Source of the DNA: an uncultured Acidobacteriaceae bacterium
Lineage (GTDB): Bacteria; Acidobacteriota; Terriglobia; Terriglobales; Acidobacteriaceae
Reading direction: 5' to 3'
NCBI GenBank assembly: GCA_963723135.1
Contig: CAVRPN010000007.1
Span: 1,229,373-1,293,372, forward strand
DNA: 64,000 bases
The notes under the pieces are model-generated. The model was not told the origin of the DNA, searched no databases, and worked only from the letters and a program-made list of their open reading frames with translations. Positions 27,165-37,511 of this stretch are shown here, one piece after another. Each line of letters opens with the position of its first letter. Positions within the stretch are counted from its first letter, which is position 1. A program made the translations under genes and the position numbers.

Positions 27165-28235
27165 ATGATGAGAATCGGCGTATTAACCGGGGGAGGGGAT
27201 TGTCCCGGCCTGAATGCGGTCATTCGCGCAGTGGTGCGCAAGGGCATCTTCACCTACGGCGATCAATTTGTCGGCTTTCTTGAAGGCTGGCGCGGGGTCA
27301 TCGAGAACCAGAGCATGCCCTTAGACCTCGACGCGGTTGCCGGCATTCTGCCCCGCGGTGGAACTATTCTCCGCACTTCCCGGACCAATCCCTCAAAAAG
27401 GCCGGACGGCATCGACCGCTGCGTTTCTACCTTGGAGAAGAACAAGATCGAAGGTCTGATCGCCATCGGCGGCGATGACACGCTCTCCGTGGCTGAAAAA
27501 CTCCACGAGCGTGGGGTCAAAGTCATCGGTGTCCCCAAGACTATCGACAACGACTTGGGCGGGACCGATTACACCTTCGGCTTCGATACCGCCTGCAATG
27601 TCGTCTGCGAAGCCATCGACCGGGTTCACACCACCGCCGAAGCGCACAATCGCGTGATGGTCGTCGAAGTGATGGGCCGCGACGCCGGTTGGATCGCCAT
27701 GTACAGCGGTATCGCCGGCGGCGCCGACGTTATCCTCATCCCCGAGCGCCCTTTCGACGTCGATAAAGTGGCCGAGTCCATCCGTCAGCGCCACGAGCGC
27801 GGCCGCTACTTTTCCATCATCGTCGTCGCCGAGGGTGCGAAATTTTCCTCGGAAGGCCAGGGCTCTCCCGTTTTGCAGGACATGGGCAAAGACGAGTTTG
27901 GCCACGTCAAGCTGGGCGGAATTGCGAACATTCTCGCCCGCGAAATTGAGAAACGCACCGGCTACGAAACTCGCGCCGTCGTTCTCGGGCACATCCAGCG
28001 CGGCGGCTCACCCAGCGCTTTCGACCGCGTGCTGGCCACCCGCTACGGCTTGGGCGCGATCGACATGGTGCATCGCGGGGAATTCGGCTGCATGGCGGCG
28101 CTGCGCAGTAACAAAATCGTCTCCATCCCGCTGAAGGAGGCCATCGCCCGCAACCGGACGGTGGATGACGAAATGATCGAGATCATTGATGGCCTTTTCG
28201 AGAAGAGTTCCCAAAAGGAAGCTGCCGGTAACTAG
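27165..28235 (+). CDS. pfkA: 6-phosphofructokinase (PFK-A family); the Asp/Lys signature suggests PPi dependence
   Basis: MMRIGVLTGGGDCPGLNAVIRAVV. It has IGGDDTLSVA (not GGDGS) and GVPKTIDNDL (not PGTIDND), the residue pair classically associated with PPi-PFK. Confidence 0.9.
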   Translation: MMRIGVLTGGGDCPGLNAVIRAVVRKGIFTYGDQFVGFLEGWRGVIENQSMPLDLDAVAGILPRGGTILRTSRTNPSKRPDGIDRCVSTLEKNKIEGLIAIGGDDTLSVAEKLHERGVKVIGVPKTIDNDLGGTDYTFGFDTACNVVCEAIDRVHTTAEAHNRVMVVEVMGRDAGWIAMYSGIAGGADVILIPERPFDVDKVAESIRQRHERGRYFSIIVVAEGAKFSSEGQGSPVLQDMGKDEFGHVKLGGIANILAREIEKRTGYETRAVVLGHIQRGGSPSAFDRVLATRYGLGAIDMVHRGEFGCMAALRSNKIVSIPLKEAIARNRTVDDEMIEIIDGLFEKSSQKEAAGN

Positions 28236-28271
28236 AGCTTGCTGGCGTGGCTTGCTTTTGACCTCTCTGCG

Positions 28272-29969
28272 ATGCAGAAACTCTACATCTGGCTGGCTCC
28301 GGCGTTGGTCGCGATCCTGGAACTTCTCCTTATGATCGCCGCTGGATTGTTGATCCTGTTTTCTTCGAGAAGCCGCGCAAGCCACGGCCCTCCTCCCGCC
28401 TTTCATTCTCTGGAGGGCGTCTTCACGCGCCTCTCGCGGCGAAAGACTCTCTCGGTTGTATTTGTAGGACTCTTTGTCCTCGGTGTCCGCCTGGCGCTTA
28501 ATCCGATCCTCGGCATCCCCCAACCTGGTGCGCATGACGAATTCAGCTACCTGCTCGCAGCGGATACTTTCGCTCATGGCAGGCTCACCAACCCCACGCA
28601 CCCGATGTGGATCCATTTTGAGAGTTTCCACATCATCGAGAGGCCTAGCTACATGTCGATGTATCCGCCTGCCCAGGGCCTTGTGCTGGCGGCGGGGCAA
28701 ATCTTCGGTCATCCCTGGATCGGACAGCTGCTGGTCACCACCCTGATGTGCTCTGCCCTCTGCTGGATGCTGCAGGGCTGGCTCCCTCCGCCCTGGGCCT
28801 TGCTGGGAGGAATGCTGGCAGCGTTGCGGCTGGGGCTTCTCAGCTACTGGATGAACGGTTACTGGTGTGCGTCCGTCGTGGCATTCGGCGGCGCCCTGGT
28901 ACTGGGAGCGTGGCCAAGGCTACGCCAGCGTCTTCGAGTACAGGATTCCTTGCTGATGGGCGTGGGCCTCGTGATTTTAGCCAACAGCCGCCCTTATGAG
29001 GGTTTTGTCTTCGGAATTCCTGTGGCCGCAGCGGTGCTGTGGTGGATTATCGGCAGACGCCGGCCGGCATTTCACCTTTCGCTCAATCGGGTGGTATTCC
29101 CGCTGTTTGTGGTTCTCGCTTGCGGTGCGCTGGCTACGGGCTACTACTATCGCCGCGTAACCGGCGATGCGTTTCGCATGACGTATCAAGTCAACCGCGC
29201 TACCTACTCTACGGTCCCGTATTTTCTCTGGCAAACGCCGCCACCGGAGCCCGTTTACCACCACGACGTGATGCGTGACTTTTATCGTCAAATGCTAAGA
29301 GCGTTTGAAAGGGATCGCACGCTCAGCGGTTATGTACGGTTCGCCGCGCGGAAAGCTGCCGGCGCGTGGCAGTTCTATCTGGGACCCTTGCTGACGCTGC
29401 CGTTTCTGGCATTTCCGTGGGTGGTTCGGCAAAAGAAAATGCGTTTGCCGGTTGCGATCTGCGCCGCCATGGTTCTCGGCGTCGCGGCCGAAACCTGGAC
29501 CCTTCCCCATTATTTTTCTCCCGCCACTGGAGCTCTTTATATTCTTCTGGTTCAATGCATCCGGCAACTGTGGCACTGGCGGCCTGGAGGCCGCGAGATC
29601 GGACCAGCTTGGGTACGTGCGATCCCGGTGCTGGCCTGCGCTATGATTCTCCTGCGCGTCTCAACCGCGGCCGTCCACGTCCAGATCGAGCTGGCATGGC
29701 CACGAGGTAATTTGGAAAGATCGGGGATTTTGCGCCAGATGCAGCGGGAACCGGGCCCGCAGCTTCTGATTGTGCATTACCGACCGGATCACGATCCGAA
29801 CGTCGAGTGGGTGTACAACGATGCGGACATTGATCACGCCAAAGTAGTTTGGGCGCGTGATATGGGCATAGCTGGAAACCAGGAGTTGCTGGGCTATTTT
29901 CGTGGCCGGACGGTCTGGTTGGTCGAGGGCGACGACCCTGCGCCCCAGGCTATTCTCTACTCGCCCTGA
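28272..29969 (+). CDS. Polytopic membrane protein, putative GT-C-fold (ArnT/PMT-like) glycosyltransferase
   Basis: ATG 28272; the in-frame TTG 28239 used by the track is an alternative. About 12 TM segments. The first extracytoplasmic loop carries a DExxY-type acidic motif ([21 protein letters not shown]), as in GT-C enzymes. Confidence 0.45.
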   Translation: MQKLYIWLAPALVAILELLLMIAAGLLILFSSRSRASHGPPPAFHSLEGVFTRLSRRKTLSVVFVGLFVLGVRLALNPILGIPQPGAHDEFSYLLAADTFAHGRLTNPTHPMWIHFESFHIIERPSYMSMYPPAQGLVLAAGQIFGHPWIGQLLVTTLMCSALCWMLQGWLPPPWALLGGMLAALRLGLLSYWMNGYWCASVVAFGGALVLGAWPRLRQRLRVQDSLLMGVGLVILANSRPYEGFVFGIPVAAAVLWWIIGRRRPAFHLSLNRVVFPLFVVLACGALATGYYYRRVTGDAFRMTYQVNRATYSTVPYFLWQTPPPEPVYHHDVMRDFYRQMLRAFERDRTLSGYVRFAARKAAGAWQFYLGPLLTLPFLAFPWVVRQKKMRLPVAICAAMVLGVAAETWTLPHYFSPATGALYILLVQCIRQLWHWRPGGREIGPAWVRAIPVLACAMILLRVSTAAVHVQIELAWPRGNLERSGILRQMQREPGPQLLIVHYRPDHDPNVEWVYNDADIDHAKVVWARDMGIAGNQELLGYFRGRTVWLVEGDDPAPQAILYSP

Positions 29970-30001
29970 CGGTGCAACCCGCACCTTGAGCAACCGAATT
30001 C

Positions 30002-31351
30002 ATGCGACCCATCGCTGTCAAACATCTCGCGCTTTTCTTGCTCGTGCTGGCGGGCTCGGCGAGCATGCACCTCTATTGGAGCCGCATCACGGATGCGGGC
30101 TATTCTTCGTCAGCGCCGGCCTCTGTCTTGAGGCCGAAGCCTCTCACCGATCTGTATCCCCGTTGGTATGCGGCTCGCGAATTCCTGCTCCATCATCGTG
30201 ATCCTTATGGCAGTGAGGTCAACCGTGAGCTCCAGATCGCGTATTACGGCAAAGTACTCGACCCCTCTCGTCCCGAGGAGCGGCTCGACCAGCAACGCTT
30301 CGTCTATCCGCTGTACTTTATCTTTTTCATCGCCCCGATCGCCTGGGTTCAGTTCCCTACGGCAAAGATCATCTTCTGGTGGGTCCTGGCCGCGTGCGCG
30401 GTTCTCTGCGTCTTCCTTTGGCTGCGCTTTCTCCGGCTGCGATTGTCTCTACCGGCGACGAGCGCACTCTTTCTCCTCGTCCTGACCAGCATTCCGATCG
30501 CCCAGAACCTCGGGATTCTACAACCGTTTCTCCTGCCCGCATGTTTCATTGCGGGGGCGGCGGTCGCCGTGGTCTCCGGACATTTGTTCATCGCTGGGAT
30601 GCTGATGGCCGCGGCCACCGTCAAACCGCAAATCTGTCTGCTGCCGATGGCGTGGTTCGGGCTGTGGCTCTTCAGCGACTGGAAGAGCCGGCGAACGCTA
30701 CTCTTGGGCTTCATGGCCACCCTGGCCGCACTCCTGCTGGCTTCCGAGTGGGTTTTGCCAGGCTGGCTGATTCGATACCCCGGCGCACTGAGCGATTACG
30801 CCAAATACACGAAAACTGTCCCATTTCTGAGTGTGCTCTTGCCCTCGCCCTTGAATTGGCTGGTCGCGATCCTGGCGTTGGCAACCGTGGCAGAGTTTTG
30901 CTGGCGCGTGCGGAGGCAACCAGCCGATTCCCCTGCCTTCGCCCTTGCTCTATCGTTTGTGCTGACGCTTACCACTTTGATTGTGCCCGCGGTGGTCCAG
31001 CCCTTTAACCACGTTCTACTTCTTCCTGTCGTCCTGCTTGCCATTCGGTATTGGCGGGGACTTCTTCAGGGCAGTGTGGTGACTCGTGCGGCTGTTTTTC
31101 TGTTCGGCTTGTGCGCCTTCCTCCCTTGGCTGCTCGCCATCGTGGCCGTATCCAGGCCGCTGACTCCGCACTCGGACTGGCTCCTGAAGATCTGGTCGGT
31201 CCCTCTCGCGGCCAGCATGGCGCTTCCTTTCGCCGCCTTCGGCGTCCTGATGTTGTTGCGCAAGGTGGTTTCGCTGCAGCCGAATCTTCTGGGCGCCGGC
31301 AGCGCGTCCGGGCAACCGGGCGGCCTGGCCGTAGTCAAGGGGCAGTCGTAA
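30002..31351 (+). CDS. Glycosyltransferase family 87 / DUF2029-like membrane protein
   Basis: 449-aa polytopic ORF. The N-terminal loop LTDLYPRWYAAREFLLHHRDPYG resembles the PimE/DUF2029 D..Y...Y motif. Confidence 0.55.
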   Translation: MRPIAVKHLALFLLVLAGSASMHLYWSRITDAGYSSSAPASVLRPKPLTDLYPRWYAAREFLLHHRDPYGSEVNRELQIAYYGKVLDPSRPEERLDQQRFVYPLYFIFFIAPIAWVQFPTAKIIFWWVLAACAVLCVFLWLRFLRLRLSLPATSALFLLVLTSIPIAQNLGILQPFLLPACFIAGAAVAVVSGHLFIAGMLMAAATVKPQICLLPMAWFGLWLFSDWKSRRTLLLGFMATLAALLLASEWVLPGWLIRYPGALSDYAKYTKTVPFLSVLLPSPLNWLVAILALATVAEFCWRVRRQPADSPAFALALSFVLTLTTLIVPAVVQPFNHVLLLPVVLLAIRYWRGLLQGSVVTRAAVFLFGLCAFLPWLLAIVAVSRPLTPHSDWLLKIWSVPLAASMALPFAAFGVLMLLRKVVSLQPNLLGAGSASGQPGGLAVVKGQS

Positions 31352-31352
31352 C

Positions 31353-32579
31353 GTGGCTGGGGGCGCCAACCTCGCTTCGTGGATCACCACCCATCGCGTG
31401 CGCGTTCACGGGACGCTTCTCGCTCTGTGTCTCTGGTCTCTTTATTCGTGGAACATGGCGACGCCGGGCCTGCGCGATCGCGCCGGCAATCTGAAGGGGA
31501 CGGACTTCCAGCATCTCTACACCCTGGGCTCGCTCGCTCTCGCCCACCGGGGCGCCGATCTTTACAACATGCAGGCCCAGACTGTGCTCTCGGCCCAACG
31601 CGTGCCCGCGGCAGTGGGCATCCGCTACTTGCCTCTGTATCCTCCGCAAGTTTCGATTTTTCTTGCGCCTTTTGCTCAATTCTCCTATGGCGGGGCGCTG
31701 GTTTTATGGCTGGTTCTGAGTGCGGGAATTTATGCGTCATGCGTCTATGCGGTGTGGCGCGCCTGCCCTGCCTTGCGCAACGAGTTGCGCGCTGTCTGGA
31801 TTCTGGCCTTGGCGTTCCCTGCCTTCTGGCATCTCATTTTGTGGGGACAAACCTCCGCTCTCGCCCTGGCTGGTTTCACGCTGGGTTACTTAGCGCTGCG
31901 GAATGACCGTGGATTCCTCGCGGGACTGGCTTTCGGCTGCCTTATCTTCAAGCCGCAACTGGGCATTGCAGCCGCCGTAATTTTTCTGGCCACGGGAGGA
32001 TGGAAGGTAATCGCCGGCGGGCTGCTTTCCGCCGCGGCCCAACTCGCTGCCGCCTGGACATATTACGGCTCGGGCCCTCTGCGTGAATGGATCCTGGCGC
32101 TTTTCCGTTTGCCTGGCTTGTTCCCCCTGCTGGAGCCCAAGCCCTACCAGACCCACTGCCTGCGCTCCTTCTGGACCATGCTATTGCCGTGGCCACGGAT
32201 TGCCGCCGGGCCCTACATCGTCACGGTGCTGCTCGCTCTGGTGCTGGCCGCCCGTTGCTGGAACAGTCGCATTTCCCTGCCCTTGCGCTATTCTGCGCTT
32301 CTGCTGGCGACGGTCCTGGTTGCCCCGCACCTTACCGTCTACGATCTCGTCATCCTCGGACCGGCATTTCTGCTGCTTGCCGACTGGTGCATCGCGAACT
32401 TCGACGACTCCACAAGCCCGTCGCTCAAGATTCTTCTCTACGCCGCCTACGCGCTGCCCCTGGTCGGCCCGCTCGCCCGCTGGACCCACGTGCAACTCAC
32501 CGTTCCTGTCATGTTTCTGATCCTGTACCTGATATCGCAGATCGGGCGACGATCGGCCCACAGCGCAGCAACAGCGTGA
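31353..32579 (+). CDS. Glycosyltransferase family 87 / DUF2029-like membrane protein (second paralogue)
   Basis: GTG start 1 nt after the preceding stop. 408 aa, polytopic. The loop KGTDFQHLYTLGSLALAHRGADLYN fits the same motif. Confidence 0.55.
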   Translation: MAGGANLASWITTHRVRVHGTLLALCLWSLYSWNMATPGLRDRAGNLKGTDFQHLYTLGSLALAHRGADLYNMQAQTVLSAQRVPAAVGIRYLPLYPPQVSIFLAPFAQFSYGGALVLWLVLSAGIYASCVYAVWRACPALRNELRAVWILALAFPAFWHLILWGQTSALALAGFTLGYLALRNDRGFLAGLAFGCLIFKPQLGIAAAVIFLATGGWKVIAGGLLSAAAQLAAAWTYYGSGPLREWILALFRLPGLFPLLEPKPYQTHCLRSFWTMLLPWPRIAAGPYIVTVLLALVLAARCWNSRISLPLRYSALLLATVLVAPHLTVYDLVILGPAFLLLADWCIANFDDSTSPSLKILLYAAYALPLVGPLARWTHVQLTVPVMFLILYLISQIGRRSAHSAATA

Positions 32580-32587
32580 ATCCGGTC

Positions 32588-33454
32588 TTACTTTCCAAAT
32601 AGAAATTGCAACCCTTCGGGAAACCGGCCCGCCCAAGCTGCCTCGTTGTGTCCAGCACCCTCTTCGATCACGAGCCGCAGCCGCTTCTCGGTGAGCACGG
32701 CTCTCCGCAGAATCCCCGCCAACTCCCGGACATCATTCAACACCGCGCGGCTGCGTTCCGGGCTGCCGCCCTCCGCCGTTCCCGCAGCCAGAAACATCCG
32801 CTCCGGCCAGACTCTCACCGCGCGGCTGTCTTTAATCAACTGACGGTGCGACGCCCAGAGCGACGGACTCTCCAGCAGCAACCTTCCGATCGCTCCCGGC
32901 CGCACCATCGCGGTATACAGCGCAATCAACGCCCCTAGCGACGATCCGCCCAGGCCCGTGTTCTCCGCCCCCGCAGCCACGCGATAAGTGCGGGACACGA
33001 ACGGCATCACTTCCTTGATCAGGAAATCAGGATAGTGCCTGCCCTGCACCCGCATCATCATCGGATGCAGGGAGCGGTGTGGCATGTATTCGCGAATCCG
33101 GTCTTTCGCTGCATTGTCGATGCCGACCAGAATCATTCGGGCGATCGCGCCCTCGCGGATGAGACGGTCCGCAGTCTCGTCTGCCTGCCACTCGACTCCG
33201 GTGAAGGACGTCGCCGCCTCAAACAGATTCTGCCCGTCATTCAGGTAAAACACCGGATACCGCCGACCATCGTTCTCTCGGTCGTCGTATCCCGGCGGGA
33301 GCCAGACTCTGAGAAAGCGGGTGTTGCGAAAGATGCGGCTGCGAAATTCATGCAACCGCAGATCTCCGAGGGCGCCGGCGGCGCGGATCACCGCAGCGGC
33401 GGCCCCTGCAGGGACGGGCGATAGTCCTTCTTCTGTTTTCTGGATTTCTTCCAT
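32588..33454 (-). CDS. Esterase-family alpha/beta hydrolase (PF00756-like)
   Basis: RVWLPPGYDDRENDGRRYPVFYLNDGQNLF and the nucleophile elbow LGGSSLGAL. Confidence 0.75.
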   Translation of the reverse strand: MEEIQKTEEGLSPVPAGAAAAVIRAAGALGDLRLHEFRSRIFRNTRFLRVWLPPGYDDRENDGRRYPVFYLNDGQNLFEAATSFTGVEWQADETADRLIREGAIARMILVGIDNAAKDRIREYMPHRSLHPMMMRVQGRHYPDFLIKEVMPFVSRTYRVAAGAENTGLGGSSLGALIALYTAMVRPGAIGRLLLESPSLWASHRQLIKDSRAVRVWPERMFLAAGTAEGGSPERSRAVLNDVRELAGILRRAVLTEKRLRLVIEEGAGHNEAAWAGRFPEGLQFLFGK

Positions 33455-33482
33455 CAGGAATTCTGCACGCGGAGACCTTGTC

Positions 33483-33971
33483 TCAGCCCGTTTCCGGTCG
33501 AAACCGAGCCGCAGCCGCCAGACCCGTGATCGTCGCGATCAAGCCCAAGGAGCCCAAACACAGAACACACCAGGTTCCTAGAACGTAAGCTTCGACATAG
33601 GTGAGGTAGAGCGCAAACGCCAAGCCGGCTGCGGCCACCACGAGCAGCCACGCCGGAGACTCTGCCAGCGAGCGGCAGCGCCACGACAACACCAGCAAAA
33701 CTCCGTATCCCACAACTCCGATCCCGGCAACCGGTATTCCCATCACGCTCGAATACTCGCTGCGGTTCACCACGTCGCAATCGAATTTCTCCCCCAGTTC
33801 GCAAAACGACGTCGCCGACTTCGCGTAATGCCGCTGCAGCGACAGACCGGACACAGCAATTCCAGCAGCGGCCAGAGCCGCAATTGCCACAAACAACATC
33901 CGGTGTAGCTTGTCAGGGATGGCTTTGGTCCTGTCGGGACGATTGTCCGCGGCATTGCTCACGGACTGCAT
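33483..33971 (-). CDS. Vitamin K epoxide reductase (VKOR) family membrane protein
   Basis: 162 aa with 4 TM segments. Loop cysteines are in FCELGEKFDCDVV and a CxxC in the last helix (GTWCVLCLGS). Confidence 0.8.
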   Translation of the reverse strand: MQSVSNAADNRPDRTKAIPDKLHRMLFVAIAALAAAGIAVSGLSLQRHYAKSATSFCELGEKFDCDVVNRSEYSSVMGIPVAGIGVVGYGVLLVLSWRCRSLAESPAWLLVVAAAGLAFALYLTYVEAYVLGTWCVLCLGSLGLIATITGLAAAARFRPETG

Positions 33972-34378
33972 CCAGTCCTGTCACTTAACTCTTGCGCCGA
34001 GAACACTCCCGGCGTCAGCGCAGCATCCGTAAATCGCCAGGTCGGAAATACCTTCACCCCCAGCGCTTTGCACTGTTCCGACTCCGCATGCGAACCAGGC
34101 ACGCCGCATTCCACATAGACGAAGCGGTAGGCCTTGCCGAGAATCTCTTTCTGATCCGCGCAATGCGGGCACCAGTACGCCCCGTACATTTTCACCTGGC
34201 GGGAAGCCATGCACTTTGCCAGCGAGTCGTAGCGATGATTCCTGTGATACCAGCCGGCTGCGTAGGCTGCCGCCAGCAGCACCAGGATCCCGGTCCCGAT
34301 CATGAACTTCCGCGAGCGCGGCTCGGCCTCGGCCGTTCCTGTCCGCCCCTGCTGCCGTTTGCGACGTTCCTCCGACAT
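33959..34378 (-). CDS. Membrane-anchored thioredoxin-fold protein (VKOR partner)
   Basis: 139 aa with an N-terminal TM anchor and a CPHC active site in MYGAYWCPHCADQKE. It overlaps the VKOR start by 13 nt. Confidence 0.7.
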   Translation of the reverse strand: MSEERRKRQQGRTGTAEAEPRSRKFMIGTGILVLLAAAYAAGWYHRNHRYDSLAKCMASRQVKMYGAYWCPHCADQKEILGKAYRFVYVECGVPGSHAESEQCKALGVKVFPTWRFTDAALTPGVFSAQELSDRTGCSP

Positions 34379-34432
34379 GCTTCATTTTTATATCATGCCC
34401 CATATTGCGACCAGTGGAAGTCCTCTCCGCTC

Positions 34433-35335
34433 TTACGCCACCACATTCAGCGAGCCGGGCAGAACATCCATCGCCTCACACTGCAGAGTAAGCACCTCGC
34501 CATCGACCATTACATCCACCGGCGCATCGAGGTTGAACTCCACGCGCCGCACTGCCTGCCGCTCCGCAAGAGGATGCTCGATGTGCGTCCCGTCGTAAAG
34601 CCCCGGCAAATTACGGATCAGCCCCAACCGCCCGATCGGTCCCCAGCGGACATATTCGATCAGGCCGCTGTTGATCTCAGCCTTGGGCGCAATCATCATG
34701 GTCCCGCCCGTGTACTTGCTGTTGTTGAAGCTGAGAAACAGGCACGGCCGCAGGTCAAATGCGACTTGCCCTTCCACGCGCACCGGAAACGGCCGCCGAT
34801 GGAATCGAGCCAGGGTGAGAAAGATCGAAACCACATACCCCAGCTCTCCCCAGCCACTGAAGCGGTGCGCCCGCAGCGTCGCCACGTCCGCTGCGAACCC
34901 CATGCTGAGAAGGTTAATCGAGTAGATCACTCCCTGGCGATGCCGCAGGCGCAACACGTCGCTGGGCTGGCTGCGCCCTGCAATCAGCGACTCGATGGCA
35001 TGCTCCACCCCGCGGTCACTGAAATCGCGCAGAAAGGAATTTCCCGTCCCGAGGGGTAAAAATGCCAGCGTCGGCCGTTCTCCGCCAGTTGCCTGGGGGA
35101 ATAGGCCGTTGACGATTTCGTAAGATGTTCCGTCCCCGCCGACGCCAATAAATCTCCGGACCCCGCGCGCATACGCGTCACGCGCCACCCTCGTGGCATC
35201 TCCGGGGGCCTGCGTCTCCACAACTTCAATCGTGACTCCACCTTGCCTCAGTCGTTCCAGGGCCGGAGCAAGCATCTTGCGGCTCCGCCCTCCGCCCGCC
35301 ACCGGATTCACTATGGCCAGATATGATTGCCTCAC
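34433..35335 (-). CDS. Diacylglycerol-kinase-family lipid kinase (YegS/BmrU-like)
   Basis: LAIVNPVAGGGRS...FIGVGGDGTSYEIVNGL...LPLGTGNSF are the DAGK catalytic-domain motifs. Confidence 0.85.
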   Translation of the reverse strand: MRQSYLAIVNPVAGGGRSRKMLAPALERLRQGGVTIEVVETQAPGDATRVARDAYARGVRRFIGVGGDGTSYEIVNGLFPQATGGERPTLAFLPLGTGNSFLRDFSDRGVEHAIESLIAGRSQPSDVLRLRHRQGVIYSINLLSMGFAADVATLRAHRFSGWGELGYVVSIFLTLARFHRRPFPVRVEGQVAFDLRPCLFLSFNNSKYTGGTMMIAPKAEINSGLIEYVRWGPIGRLGLIRNLPGLYDGTHIEHPLAERQAVRRVEFNLDAPVDVMVDGEVLTLQCEAMDVLPGSLNVVA

Positions 35336-35399
35336 GATGGTTGACCCAGGACAAAACCGATCCCCAAGCGCTTGTCATTCAGGGAAGAGAGACCACTGT

Positions 35400-37109
35400 T
35401 CACATCTCTACTACCGCACTCCGGTGCGCCGTCTTCCCAACGTCTTCCCCCAGTTCCTGCCGCTTGATCTTCATCGACGCCGTCCGGGGAAAATCCTTCT
35501 CCCACACCAGGTAGCCACCCACGCGCTTAAAATCCGGCAAGCGCCGGTTAAGCGTCGAAATCTCCTGCAGAAGTGCGCTATCGAACTGCTGATTCGGTTC
35601 CAGGCGCAGGACGATCACCAGTTTCTCCTGCCCCAACTCCTTGCGCGGCCACAGGTAGTTTGCGGCGAAAACACAATATTCTTTCACGGGCAGGCCATCG
35701 AAAACCGTCTCCACATCCTCGGGATAAATGTTCTTCCCGCCTTCGGTCACGATCATGTTCTTCTTACGTCCAAAAAGCTGCAAGTGTCCGTTGCCGTCAA
35801 ACCGGCCCAGATCGCCGGTCAGCAGCCAGCCCTCCACAATCGTCGCCAGCGTCAACTCCGGATCGTCCAGGTAATGCGACATCACCGTCTTGCTCTTGAC
35901 TGCCACTTCTCCGATTCCCTCGCCATCGGGATTCAGAATCCGCAGGTCGACTCCGGGCAGCGGTTTGCCGACGGTATCCGCGCGAAATGGTTTCAGGTCG
36001 TTTAGCGTCAACGCCGTCCCGGCTTCCGTCAGCCCATAACCATTTACCACCGGAATTCCCAGGTCATAGAAGAACTGCATCGTTGACGGCTCCAGAAACG
36101 CTCCGCCGGTGATCAGCGCCAGCAACTCGCCGCCAAATGCGCGATGCACCTGCGGCAGCAGAACGCGGCTCAATTTCACCTTCGGCCGGCTTCGCGTCAG
36201 CATCTTGTTGAGTGAGATCACCTGATTCAGGAACGCGCGTTTCCACGACGGCAACTCATCCAACTTCGCGCGCAGCCCGCGCTCCAGGTTCTTGACGATC
36301 ATCGGCACCAGCGATACATAGGTGATTCGATAGCGCACAAACGCATCGCGCACAAACTCCGGACGCAGCGTCCGCAAGTGCACCACGCACGCCCCGCACA
36401 CAAACGGCCCGATGAACCCCACCATGAAATCGATAGCATGGTTGGTCGGCAGAATGCTCAAATACCGCACCCCGGGCCAGAACGGATACCACGCCGTCAG
36501 TGCCCGGCATTGCTCCAGATAGTTTTCGTGGGTCAGCACGCAGCCTTTCGGCCGGCCGCCCGTTCCTGACGAATAGACGATGCAAGCCACGTCCTCGCGC
36601 TGCCGCATCACGAAGTCGGGAGCGCCCTTGCGTTTGAAGTCTTCCCATCGGAACCCGCCCGCCAGGTCGGCGCCCGCGGGAGCTTCCGTCACCAGCACCA
36701 GCTTCGTCTTGATGCTCTGAAACTCCGGCGACTGCATGATCGCCCGCCACAAGTGGTACTCGACTATCAGCATTTTGGGCTTAGAGTGCGCCAGCAGTTG
36801 CAGGTGTTCGGCGGCAGTGAGCTTGTAATCGAGCGGGACAAGAACTCCTCCACAATAAAAGATGGCGTACGCCGAGATCAGCCACTTCGACTGATTCGTC
36901 ATGATGATCGCCGCGCGGTCGCCGGCGTCGAAGTCCGCGTCCTCCAGGGCCCGCGCCAGGGGCGTCGTAATTTCCTTGAAATCGGAATAGGTGAGTCGCG
37001 TCTTCTCGCGCTCGCGGTCGGCTTCGATCAGGCAGGTTTCGCCGGCAAAGCGCTCCAGCGCATCGCGCAGGGCAGCGCCCAGACAGCTATATGTTCGGAG
37101 ATCGAGCAT
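35400..37109 (-). CDS. AMP-dependent synthetase/ligase (long-chain fatty acyl-CoA/ACP ligase-like)
   Basis: AMP-binding motif [14 protein letters not shown], plus GYGLTE and [28 protein letters not shown]. Confidence 0.85.
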   Translation of the reverse strand: MLDLRTYSCLGAALRDALERFAGETCLIEADREREKTRLTYSDFKEITTPLARALEDADFDAGDRAAIIMTNQSKWLISAYAIFYCGGVLVPLDYKLTAAEHLQLLAHSKPKMLIVEYHLWRAIMQSPEFQSIKTKLVLVTEAPAGADLAGGFRWEDFKRKGAPDFVMRQREDVACIVYSSGTGGRPKGCVLTHENYLEQCRALTAWYPFWPGVRYLSILPTNHAIDFMVGFIGPFVCGACVVHLRTLRPEFVRDAFVRYRITYVSLVPMIVKNLERGLRAKLDELPSWKRAFLNQVISLNKMLTRSRPKVKLSRVLLPQVHRAFGGELLALITGGAFLEPSTMQFFYDLGIPVVNGYGLTEAGTALTLNDLKPFRADTVGKPLPGVDLRILNPDGEGIGEVAVKSKTVMSHYLDDPELTLATIVEGWLLTGDLGRFDGNGHLQLFGRKKNMIVTEGGKNIYPEDVETVFDGLPVKEYCVFAANYLWPRKELGQEKLVIVLRLEPNQQFDSALLQEISTLNRRLPDFKRVGGYLVWEKDFPRTASMKIKRQELGEDVGKTAHRSAVVEM

Positions 37110-37124
37110 CAGAGACTTATTTCA

Positions 37125-37261
37125 CCACAGAGACACGGAGACACGGAGAATAGCATGTTAATCAGTTCATTACCCGTTTGATGGAAGGGCAATCGACGGT
37201 CGCGACAGGGAAGGCTTTTCCAGGTCCTCTTTTTTCTCCGTGCCCCCGTCTTCCGCGGTGG
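37125..37261. repeat. Imperfect inverted repeat (CCAC..GACACGGAGAA family) forming a REP/MITE-like hairpin
   Basis: The left arm is CCACAGAGACACGGAGACACGGAGAA (37125-37150). The right arm is TTCTCCGTGCCCCCGTCTTCCGCGGTGG (37234-37261), whose reverse complement is CCACCGCGGAAGACGGGGGCACGGAGAA. It lies between the ACP and the ligase. Confidence 0.55.
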
Positions 37262-37268
37262 ATATCCG

Positions 37269-37511
37269 CTAGAGTCTGGCCTGAACCTTCTGTGCCAGCG
37301 TGCGGAAGTCGCTTACTCCCTGCAATTCATAATCCGGCAACTCGACGTGAAAATGATTCTCCAGCTTAGTCAGCAGGTCAAGCGTTTGCAGGCTGTCAAT
37401 GCCCAGCGTCTTGAAAAAGTCGTCGTCCGGCTGCAACTTCTCCCGCGGCACCTTGAAGTGTCCCGCCGCGAGGTCAAGAATCTCATCAAGTGTCTTCTCG
37501 GCAGTTTGCAT
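37269..37511 (-). CDS. Acyl carrier protein
   Basis: 80 aa with the phosphopantetheine attachment motif LGIDSLQTLDLL. Confidence 0.85.
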   Translation of the reverse strand: MQTAEKTLDEILDLAAGHFKVPREKLQPDDDFFKTLGIDSLQTLDLLTKLENHFHVELPDYELQGVSDFRTLAQKVQARL

